DNA from: Paramicrosporidium saccamoebae KSL3
Lineage: Eukaryota > Fungi > Cryptomycota
Reading direction: 5' to 3'
Length of the DNA stretch: 13,144 nt
Assembly: GCA_002794465.1 (NCBI GenBank)
Contig: MTSL01000031.1
Span: forward strand, 1 to 13,144
Shown here: positions 1 through 10,774 of the stretch, piece by piece
Position numbering within the stretch: the first letter of the stretch is position 1
Layout: every line of letters starts with the position of its first letter
The notes under the pieces: model-generated
Told to the model about the DNA's origin: nothing
The model's database searches: none
What the model saw: only the letters and a program-made list of their open reading frames with translations
Position numbers and translations under genes: made by a program

Positions 1-109
1 GCGAGGTCGCGACGATAACAACAGTCCCCGCAATATCTTCACCGGTAATATAATGCGCTTTTTCAGTGTCAATACGAGCATAGAGTCCGTCTCCTAGTTG
101 TCCAGCCAT
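1..109 (-). CDS. Alpha-arrestin-like paralog 3, 5' part only (runs off the left edge)
   Basis: Minus strand from ATG 109 reads MAGQLGDGLYARIDTEKAHYITGEDIAGTVVIVATS, aligning without gaps to MAGRLRDGLRVRVETEKAQYTAGEEIVGAAVLIATL of the 1024..2037 ORF (offset 1874). An upstream ATG at 163 is followed by an in-frame TGA after 10 codons. Confidence 0.75.
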   Translation of the reverse strand, partial: MAGQLGDGLYARIDTEKAHYITGEDIAGTVVIVATS

Positions 110-719
110 GTTCTCTTCAGGACCATAAGTTCAATACAATTGCCAGGGCTGACTACCTGCCATATGAATAGGCCTTCTATCTCATTTTCACTAGTATAAC
201 CTAGCTCGTTTTAATGCGACTTTGAGACACCAACAACGGGACCCCTCGTAATTAACTCAGGCGATACTCTTTATCGCGGGGTAGACCGACTGCCCCAGAC
301 GTTTCGTGCGAGAATCTCGTCTATTGATCTATAAGCTCGCAATCAAGGGCCGATATGTGGTCAAATTACGCAGCCATCGAATCCCTCATCTTTTTCATCG
401 AGCTTCCCACAAGGTGAAGGGTCAATTTACGTTTAAACCCTCTTTTAGTGGGGTACAGAGGAAAAGCCTCTACCGGCGCCGGAACGCAGCCCCCGCCACA
501 AACTCTTTAATCGCACTCGAGGTTGTTACGACCGAAATGTAACGCGTAACTACTGCTATATTACGATCCAGACTCTTAGAGTATCCAAAGTCACTTAGGA
601 ACAAGGCCATCTAGCCATTTTAAAACTGAAGCATCTATCAACAGGAGATTGCAAAATTGGAACGCTACAAACTTTCAGACCCGTTTTTATTTACATTGAG
701 GCTTCAGTTACCGCCAACA

Positions 720-797
720 CTAGGGGCGCGGATAATCGAGAGGTGACTCTACCAGAGCTTCAACCTGAACGAGCGGGCCTAAAACGTTCTTTTTGGG
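720..797 (-). pseudogene. Orphan C-terminal fragment of an arrestin-1-type gene
   Basis: Reads *PKKNVLGPLVQVEALVESPLDYPRP* versus ...AKKDILELSSQVEIPVEPPPHYPRP* at the end of 2597..3649 (13/25 identical by eye). It is bounded upstream by an in-frame TAG with no ATG. Confidence 0.65.
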
Positions 798-1023
798 CTA
801 TGGGAACGAGTCGTTTCGCCAATATCCGGAGAATTAAATACGGCTCGTACAGCCAAGGAATGGCATTCTGTAGCTCCCCTGGAAATACTGTTAATGGCAA
901 CGTGGTATCCTCTCGACCAATCAAAAGCAGGTGCCAAAACAATGAACTTTTGATAATGCCTTAACCTGGAGTTTCTAATTTTGGCTGGTGCTTTATTGAT
1001 TGCTAAATTTAGACTATCTCGGT

Positions 1024-2037
1024 CTACTCGGAATCGGGAGCTTGTGGCGGCGGTCCTTTGTCAACGATGGGAGGCAGGGCATGCGATTTGGTGGAATCCC
1101 CTCGTAATGCCCCAACTATAACCTCGACAGATACTTCCTTCTTCTGAACTATTCCATAACCAAGGGTTGCTGTCAAGAAATACCGGCAATGAAGTTCATA
1201 CGCGCTCACAGAACACTCCAGGTCTGCTGGTGTGGCCAAGTCCACGGTTTTTTCCAAAACTTCACCAGCTACAAGAGCATTACCAACCCACTTGGACATG
1301 ACTGTTGATATTACAAACTTCTCATTCCGTACGTGATACTCAATTTGTTGCTTCAACTGTAACAAAACAGGCGCCGATGTCAACATGCACTGAGAGGCAT
1401 CCAGACGAATAACTGCGGTAATGGTCTTCCCAGGAAGGATCGTGTTGGTTTGCAAACTCAGTAGCATGGTCACATCACCCGATCGCATACAGCAATACTT
1501 GTTCACAGGGTGGCTCATTTGTGCATGCGCCTGGTCAGGAACATGTAGTCGATACACTCGAAAAACATGGTCATAGAAACTATCGCGTGGGAAAAATGAC
1601 GCAGATCTGACGCATACTTTGACACGATGCTTAACGTATGCCGTATTTGGCGGACTTGTTTTGATAAACGACGCAGGCGCGTTGACGGGTATCTTCCACC
1701 GGAACGGCAAGGTATACTCACCGGGAGCAAGCACGCCTTTAGAGAGCGCGGTTTGTTCAGAGTTTTCTAAATACCTACGAGTTTTAAGTAAATACTCTCG
1801 GCCTGCATCCGCGGCGTGCGCGTGCACACGGATAACACATCCAAGACGGAGGTGGACGCCTTCGTGTTTAATAGGCAAGGTCGCGATGAGAACAGCAGCC
1901 CCAACAATCTCTTCGCCGGCAGTATACTGGGCTTTTTCAGTTTCAACACGAACACGGAGTCCGTCTCTTAGTCGCCCAGCCATGTTCTCTTCAGGGCCGC
2001 GTGGCCAAAACAATGGCCGGGGTTGGTCATGTGCCAT
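1024..2037 (-). CDS. Alpha-arrestin-like protein 2 (arrestin N + C domains); start may be Met19 at 1983
   Basis: 337-aa intronless ORF with arrestin-fold motifs YTAGEEIVG, LAPGEYTLPFRWKIPVNAPAS, YVKHRVKV, ILPGKTITAVIRLD and CRYFLTATL. Family assigned by motif recognition only. Confidence 0.75.
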   Translation of the reverse strand: MAHDQPRPLFWPRGPEENMAGRLRDGLRVRVETEKAQYTAGEEIVGAAVLIATLPIKHEGVHLRLGCVIRVHAHAADAGREYLLKTRRYLENSEQTALSKGVLAPGEYTLPFRWKIPVNAPASFIKTSPPNTAYVKHRVKVCVRSASFFPRDSFYDHVFRVYRLHVPDQAHAQMSHPVNKYCCMRSGDVTMLLSLQTNTILPGKTITAVIRLDASQCMLTSAPVLLQLKQQIEYHVRNEKFVISTVMSKWVGNALVAGEVLEKTVDLATPADLECSVSAYELHCRYFLTATLGYGIVQKKEVSVEVIVGALRGDSTKSHALPPIVDKGPPPQAPDSE

Positions 2038-2674
2038 ATAAACAAGTCCCTTATCCCATTTTCACTAGCATGACCTAACTTTTGTCCATATAGCTTTGAG
2101 ATGTCAACAACGAGAGCCCTCGTGAATAATTCAGGCGATACTCTTTATCGCGGAGTAGACCGACTGCCCCAGACGTTTCGTGCGAGAAGCTCGTCTATTG
2201 ATTTATAAGCTCGCAATCAAGGGCCGATACGTGGTCAAATTACGCAGCCATCGAATCTCTCATCTTTTTCATTGAGCTTCCCACAAGGCGAAGGGTCAAT
2301 TTACGTTTAAATCCTCTTTTAGTGGGGTACAGAGGAAAAGCCTCTACTGGCGCCGGAACGCAGCCTCCCCACCACAAACTCTTCAATTGCATTCCAAAGA
2401 TCATTAAGACCGAAACGTGACGCGTATCTACTGCTATATTACGATCCAGACTCTTAGAGTATCCAAAGCCACTTAGATACAAGACCACCTGGCCATTTTA
2501 AAACTGAAGCATCTATCAACGGGAGATTGCAAAATTGGAACGCTACAAACTTTTAGACCCGTTTTATTTACATTGAGACTTCAGCTACCACCAACACTAC
2601 GGGCGCGGATAATGGGGAGGCGGCTCTACCGGTATTTCAACTTGAGAAGATAGCTCCAGAATGTCTTTTTTGGC
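1875..2674. repeat. Tandem duplication copy B
   Basis: Partner of 1-797. Core 2135-2364 differs from 261-490 at only 9 positions by my count. Confidence 0.95.
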
Positions 2675-3649
2675 AGGCGACGAAGCGCCAATAGGCGTTT
2701 TGCTGGCTTTTGTGCATCGAAATCCAATCCGCACGGTCAATTTTGTGGCCAACAATAGTTTCACGCGCCTGGATTTGGATATTTCAATTTTTAGCACCAC
2801 TTGATATATACAGCTGAACATTTCGGACACTACTGACGCCGGAGTGTTAGCCGGCAACTTGATCTTGAATGTGTACGCGCCGCAAGCGTCCTTTGGAAAC
2901 AATAATTCGCCATGCGACACAACCTCATCCACAGTACTCCAATTTTTTCCTGAGAAGCATGCAGATGCATTGCGCTCTAGAAATAAGGTGACACGATGGA
3001 AAGATTTTAAGAAGCCGTAGCGGTCGATTTCGACAATAACGGGGATATCTTCGCCGGCTTGAAAAACATCCCTTTCCACACTCAATTTGACAACCATAGC
3101 TCTCGCGGCCATACACATGCCCTCATTGAGAACAATCTCATTGTATGTATCTGTCGATACCGGTGTAAGCAGCTTTATCACCCTGAAATCTCTTGTCACA
3201 TGCATGTCCATTGCGTTCGGGAAGATTACAGTGGCTGTAATTTGGTGCGCAATCTCCGCCAAATGCCGACCTGAACATATAGGAATCGCACAGGTTTGTG
3301 ATATATCCGATGACAGCACAAACTTGAACGGCAGTTCCATCATCCCCACATTCAAAACTCCTGGCGGCACATAAGTATCGTCTTTTCCTACTGTGTTTGC
3401 CAGTCTTAGCTCAAAAGGCCTATAATTATCCCCGCTGTTGGGTTTTTTCGGATCTGGCACCCAGTTTGCGGAAACACGGCAGTAGCATTGGATGTTAATG
3501 CCACTATGCTCAACACAACGGCGAATACGCAGGATGATTGTGCCTTGTACTGCGCTACCCGCAGTGTAGTGAGACTGGGAAATTTTGATTTCCGCATCGA
3601 CTCCGTTGACTAATGACTTGCCAGAATACTCGGATATGGGTCTATTCAT
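2597..3649 (-). CDS. Alpha-arrestin-like protein 1 with C-terminal PPxY motif
   Basis: 350-aa ORF with HYTAGSAVQGTIIL, MELPFKFVL, VFQAGEDIPVIVEID, KLPANTPAS and CIYQVVLKI. It ends in PPHY (PPxY). AATAAA on the minus strand lies ~30 nt after the stop. Confidence 0.8.
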   Translation of the reverse strand: MNRPISEYSGKSLVNGVDAEIKISQSHYTAGSAVQGTIILRIRRCVEHSGINIQCYCRVSANWVPDPKKPNSGDNYRPFELRLANTVGKDDTYVPPGVLNVGMMELPFKFVLSSDISQTCAIPICSGRHLAEIAHQITATVIFPNAMDMHVTRDFRVIKLLTPVSTDTYNEIVLNEGMCMAARAMVVKLSVERDVFQAGEDIPVIVEIDRYGFLKSFHRVTLFLERNASACFSGKNWSTVDEVVSHGELLFPKDACGAYTFKIKLPANTPASVVSEMFSCIYQVVLKIEISKSRRVKLLLATKLTVRIGFRCTKASKTPIGASSPAKKDILELSSQVEIPVEPPPHYPRP

Positions 3650-4048
3650 AAAGCCGTCAAACTAGTAAGGCGCTGGACAACTATTGTGTTTATAGAGTAT
3701 GACAAATAGAACTTTAAAAAATTGACTAGTAGGTACTAGGACTTTTATTTTTAGATCGTATTAGATCTCTGAGATTTTACTAGCAGTAGTTTGAATCGCA
3801 ACGCATTAAAGATCGTACGCTCTCAGCGACGCTATTCCAAACTCGAAACAAAATCTCCCAAACAATCTTGCGGCAACTTTAATCTATCACATAGGAGAGT
3901 CGCCTTGGGCACAGAATGTTGTTAACGCATGGCAGATGTAAATTCATTTTTGCCCTTAACCGTTTTAGTCATAGTTTTACTACAAACCCCCACAATCGGC
4001 AAGTACATAGGCTGCGCCAGTTGTATCCCTGGCAAGTTCCTTGGCACA

Positions 4049-7209
<3,161 letters not shown>

Positions 7210-7244
7210 ACAACACGTTAGTTATCGAAAGCTATTTATTGTCA

Positions 7245-7598
7245 TTATGCTGACTGTGCCATTGCATTACTGCCACCCGCCATGTACATCTTTCCGCTAT
7301 TCGACGTTCCCGTGTCCGACGACGATTGAGCATCCGAATTTACAAGTTTCGGTTTGCTCTGCTTCCCAAAAGTATGTCTCACCGACTTGTTTGTATTCCG
7401 GAAGGCGGTTGTAGTGGCGCGCTTCATCTTCTTGAACGTAAAGCCATACTTGATGCGCTGCCATGCGAATTTGAAGCTTGCCGGCCTGCTTCGTCCGTCA
7501 GTCACAACTATACATTAGCCATTATATGTAATCTTACAAAGCCAGCCGCCATATATCCAGAGCGAGATGATTATGAAGGTTGCTATTAGCCAACGCAT
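7245..7598 (-). CDS. Hypothetical 107-aa protein with N-terminal TM/signal anchor, 2 exons (7598-7538, 7507-7245)
   Basis: A consensus 30-nt intron 7508-7537 (GTAAGA...GCTAAT.GTATAG) joins MRWLIATFIIISLWIYGGWL to FVTDGRSRPASFKFAWQRIKYGF...AMAQSA*. AATAAA follows the stop. No family recognised. Confidence 0.65.
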
Positions 7599-7712
7599 TG
7601 TGGAGGAACATGGTGGGAGACGAGCTTATTAGAGAGCTGAGACGAAATTCAGTATTGACCAATGAAATTTCCCTCTGCCCTATTGTGCTGACCAATTACT
7701 ATACAAAAGACT

Positions 7713-7925
7713 TTATTGGCCAGGAAGGCGGGGGGAATGGAAATGTGAATGCGAATGGGAATGAGAATAGGAATGGAGATGTGAGTGTGAATGAGAATGT
7801 TGATTCTCCCATGTTTGGATACTATGCTGGCGAGCCTATACCAGTTGGGAATAAACAATTCTTTACCTGTCGCCCATCTATACTGGCGCCGTTATAACTC
7901 ACAAAACACCAATCATAGACAGATA
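7713..7925 (-). CDS. 3' exons of an unresolved gene with (His-Ser)n C-terminus; start not determined
   Basis: A 31-nt intron 7836-7866 (CAG|GTAAAG...TATAG) joins ...GASIDGRQ to ARQHSIQTWENQHSHSHSHLHSYSHSHSHSHFHSPRLPGQ*. The variable base of the hexamer repeat is the Ser wobble position, and the stop is embedded in AATAAA. Confidence 0.5.
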
Positions 7926-8104
7926 CTGCTTAGCAGTCTTACATGTACTGTCTCACAGCATCAAAATAATTGGCTACACATTAGTCGCGTAGTAGGTAAA
8001 CTATCATAGAATTTTAAAGCAGATGGAAGCGCGTTTATTAGCAGGCTCTATGATCCTTTTAGTAAGTACGGGCAGCACTACAGATGCCAAAAGTCGACAA
8101 TCCG

Positions 8105-8533
8105 CTATTTCACATCTGATTCACTTGGAGACATGGTCATGGGTGAATACTTGCCCGAATATCCAGTACTGCCCGAGGGGGTAACCTGTATTTCAAGCTG
8201 TGTCTGATAATGAGATGCTAATCTCTGAGGCTTTGGCTCTGCTACAATATTGTCCAAGGACGTATCTGAAGAACCATGGATAGATTTAAATGTTAGCCAA
8301 ATTGCAAAAATGCTTCCAGGGAAAATGAGCAAGTAACAATATAAAACGTGTACTCCCTGAAACATGCTCCAATAGCAAAGATAGGTCAGGTACGCTAGTG
8401 GGAGAACAAAGGTCAGCACACATGCGATGATGAGCTGCCGACTAAGGCCGTGCGTAATAATGGCCGCAATTGGCGGTAGACAGGCAGCCAGTAAGTAAGA
8501 AAAGGAAACACGAAGCCAGCCTTTCTGATCCAT
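8105..8533 (-). CDS. Divergent PMP3/UPF0057-like proteolipid, 142 aa, with internal insertion and hydrophilic tail
   Basis: YLLAACLPPIAAIITHGLSRQLIIACVLT and FPGSIFAIWLTF match the PMP3 pattern (LPP...G...LT...PG...A). There are 30 residues between LT and PG instead of 5. In-frame introns cannot be excluded. Confidence 0.65.
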   Translation of the reverse strand: MDQKGWLRVSFSYLLAACLPPIAAIITHGLSRQLIIACVLTFVLPLAYLTYLCYWSMFQGVHVLYCYLLIFPGSIFAIWLTFKSIHGSSDTSLDNIVAEPKPQRLASHYQTQLEIQVTPSGSTGYSGKYSPMTMSPSESDVK

Positions 8534-8635
8534 GGTGGTGCATAGTGCACAATTCTTGCTCTATAGGTTCTCATCGGTGACCTTGCTCCATTGGTTCTGC
8601 TGTTCTGTTGCTTACCAATCAAAAAAATGACAATT

Positions 8636-9372
8636 TTATTGCTGCGCAAGAAGCTTGGAAGCCAGATCGTGTTGACGGGTTATGCGTCGCTGACGGCTCA
8701 GCATATCGGACAGGTCCTCCGCGGGGGCTTTCGACTCTTCCAAAGTCGAAGTCTCGGTCAGCACGGTCCGAGCGCGACGCAGCTTGGCAACTAACTGTGG
8801 GATGCTCTAAACTATGAATAATAAAGACCCAGAGCTACCTGATTCAGGCCCTTTAGCTTCTCAAGTTGCTGGATTAGGCCCTCAAGCGCTAGCTCGTTCA
8901 TTTCAAGATTAACCTCCATCGGCGCCAAAGTCTCCTTTACACCGGGCATTGCCCGCTCCAAATCTTCCAGTTGCATAAAGAATCGCTCTCTAATATTGTC
9001 TGGACATGTGCGACGCAGAGCGGCAATTTTGACGAGCAGTTCGTCAGTTTCTGATTGCAGCCCCTCCAGTTTTGCCTCCAGCTCAGAATCTACTTCTTCG
9101 CCCACTACCAGTTATGACAAGAGTTGCTCGAATACTGCCACTATCCACAGTCAGACTATCAGTGTCCACGCCGTCAATTTGCGCATTCTGTCCGATGATG
9201 GAAAACACGTCGTCGAGGAACTTGCAATTAGTCTCATCTACCAGCATACCCTGTCTCGCTGTTCCTGAGTGGTGGTGAAACTGCTCTCGTCCAAATACTT
9301 TTTGAACTCGTCGCGGAGGAATTGAAGGTCTTTTGGACTCTCTAGTGGAATTTTTAGCTCGTTAAATGTCAT
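8636..9372 (-). CDS. NSL1: Kinetochore Mis12/MIND complex subunit Nsl1/Mis14-like, 4 exons (9372-9250, 9220-9136, 9104-8839, 8806-8636), 214 aa
   Basis: Three introns (29, 31, 32 nt) give MTFNELKIPLESPKDLQFLRDEF...FLDDVFSIIGQNAQIDG...DSELEAKLEGLQSETDELLVKIAALRRTCP...LKGLNQSIPQLVAKLRRARTVL. This matches my recollection of the Mis14 pattern (VAxLRRxxP; LPxxVAKLERA). The intron 2 donor could instead be 6 nt upstream. Confidence 0.75.
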
Positions 9373-9463
9373 CGGTTTATTCAATAACGAGTTTCTTTTC
9401 GCGCCTTGAATTCGACTATATTTGTGATGGTGGCAAGGCGGGAAGCCAGCCTCATTGATAGGT

Positions 9464-9768
9464 CTATACGGGTGATCCTGCCGAGGCAGGAGAAGTAATT
9501 GCCTTCTCCAAATCCTTCCTCTCTTTCTCCTCCCTCTTTTGTCGCTCATACTCATCATGGCCATCAAGTCCGCCAAGGATTACATAGAATGCAAAGATGA
9601 TTCCTACAAATTGGCCCATGTGATCTGAATACCTGGAACAAAAAATAGGATTGTGAGAATAAAGCTAATGCACCAAACTGTTCCACAACCGCGCTCCATC
9701 ATGACTGCCACGGGCGGCAAGATGACTGCAAACACTACCTTGAGACAGTCCTTGCATGCTACAGGCAT
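9464..9768 (-). CDS. PMP3: PMP3/UPF0057 family proteolipid with charged tail, 91 aa, exons 9768-9633 and 9603-9464
   Basis: MPVACKDCLKVVFAVILPPVAVMMERGCGTVWCISFILTILFFVP|GIIFAFYVILGGLDGHDEYERQKREEKERKDLEKAITSPASAGSPV*. 29-nt phase-1 intron in the Gly codon. Confidence 0.9.
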
Positions 9769-9852
9769 TCGAAGGTGGATCTAAGAATAGTAACATGGCG
9801 AGTCCCGCCAATAAGTAGTTGTACCACTGGCTAGATTTATTAACACTAGCTA

Positions 9853-10240
9853 TTACTGAGGACCTATGACTAGTGGTTTGTTATCAGCACCAGCTGGTGT
9901 TGCGGTAGCCGGCTTTTCTCCAATTGTCACGGCGGGCTGGGTAGCGCTCGATTGTCCAGGCGCGTTAGTCTGCGGAGTTGCGGTTTGAGACTCCTTCTGC
10001 AGGATCACTGGTCTGTCAGTGTACTTGTCGCAGGTGCAGATGATAAAGAACGCATGGACGATTCCTACAATCTCAGTGATCCATCTCCAGGCGCTTACCC
10101 GGAAGCCATCCACAGAGCGTGAGGATGATGTTTAGGACGAGTTGGGGACCACAGCCACGGTCAAGTAGCACTGCAATGGGCGGTAGGATGATTGCAAAAA
10201 GGATTTTGCAGCAGTCGAGCCATGTTAGTGTTGTTGCCAT
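9853..10240 (-). CDS. PMP3: PMP3/UPF0057 family proteolipid with Thr/Pro/Ala/Gln-rich tail, 117 aa, exons 10240-10099 and 10064-9853
   Basis: MATTLTWLDCCKILFAIILPPIAVLLDRGCGPQLVLNIILTLCGWLP|GIVHAFFIICTCDKY...VIGPQ*. 34-nt phase-1 intron (GTAAGC...TTGTAG). Confidence 0.9.
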
Positions 10241-10270
10241 TCTTTGTTTGGTCTAAAAATAGAATAATGC

Positions 10271-10280
10271 CTTTTATATA
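10271..10280 (-). promoter_or_regulatory. TATA box for the 10240 PMP3 gene
   Basis: TATATAAAAG on the minus strand, ~30 nt upstream of the ATG. Confidence 0.55.
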
Positions 10281-10506
10281 CGATGGCCGGGCAAAGAACA
10301 GAAATTATTCTGTAATAGTCTTATAGACTGTGCCACTTTTTTGTTGTGATAGCGGCACTCTGTACGTCCACTTGTAATCACTATCACTACTACTACCATT
10401 ACCATTGTTTAATAGTCACTTTACATTGTCGGATCCATGAACTTGTCCTTTTATTGACAAAACATGCAGTAGTTTTACTTTCCTCTGGCCAGCTGTTCAA
10501 ACTCGG

Positions 10507-10728
10507 CTATACTGGGTCGTCTGCGCAGTGGAGAATGACGCAGTATGCGTGAATCATCCCTAAAATCTAGTCGAACTGGATGAGAGGGTTACCTGGGATC
10601 CATCCAAGCAAGGTCAAGAGACAATTCAAAAGCAGCGAGCAACCACAACCTCGCTCCAAGAACACGGCAATCGGAGGGAAAAAGAATGCCCAGAAAATCT
10701 TACATATATCTCCACATGTAACAGTCAT
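10507..10728 (-). CDS. PMP3: Cys-rich PMP3/UPF0057 family proteolipid, 62 aa, exons 10728-10593 and 10559-10507
   Basis: MTVTCGDICKIFWAFFFPPIAVFLERGCGCSLLLNCLLTLLGWIP|GMIHAYCVILHCADDPV*. 33-nt phase-1 intron. Absent from the ORF track. Confidence 0.9.
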
Positions 10729-10762
10729 GGCTCAAGCGTCGGCGGCCAGACCTGATTTGTTT

Positions 10763-10774
10763 GCTTATATAAGC
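10763..10774. promoter_or_regulatory. Palindromic TATA-like element GCTTATATAAGC in the divergent PMP3 promoter
   Basis: Perfect 12-bp palindrome 35 nt upstream of ATG 10728, inside the 188-nt gap between divergent PMP3 genes. Confidence 0.45.

Larger units (their letters stand above)
1..797. repeat. Tandem duplication copy A (arrestin 5' end + intergenic block + arrestin 3' tail)
   Basis: Direct similarity to ~1875-2674 at offset 1874 (1877 at the right end after small indels). Example: gcgatactctttatcgcgg at 261 and 2135. Confidence 0.95.

Noticed and set aside
131-133. UGA = Trp genetic code
   Set aside because: TGA is the evident stop of PMP3 (11121) and the peptidase (13122), and Trp is TGG elsewhere.
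465-495. SRP-RNA-like GGAA...GCAGC motif; also looked for U1/U2/U4/U5/U6, RNase P/MRP and tRNA signatures
   Set aside because: No diagnostic motif or supporting helix found by eye.
306-542. 78-aa plus ORF (and 82-aa minus ORF 2240..2488) inside the conserved block
   Set aside because: Neither is open in the other repeat copy (stop or frameshifting indels), and substitutions lack codon periodicity.
261-720. CpG-to-TpG/CpA transitions between repeat copies as a methylation signature
   Set aside because: About 9 of ~35 differences, only modestly above expectation, and the window is not CpG-depleted.
7580-7897. Plus-strand 105-aa ORF with Asn/Gly-rich repeat
   Set aside because: It starts with TTG, its first ATG is 11 nt from the divergent 7598 start, and repeat variation is synonymous only in the antisense His-Ser frame. 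Not fully excluded.
7939-8102. Possible seventh, degenerate PMP3 relic (DCRLLASVVLP...SLLINAL...LKFYD with a phase-1 intron-like element at the family position)
   Set aside because: It needs a frameshift, has no start, and lacks the PP, RG and PG motifs and the hydrophobicity. The resemblance may be chance.
9238-9576. 112-aa minus ORF in the track
   Set aside because: A chimera of an off-frame read of the PMP3 exon 2, intergenic DNA and NSL1 exon 1.
10376-10406. (CAC/TAC/CAT)n low-complexity tract and the 68-aa HYHYYYHYH ORF
   Set aside because: A short degenerate trinucleotide run in an intergenic/3' region with a GTG start and no other coding support.
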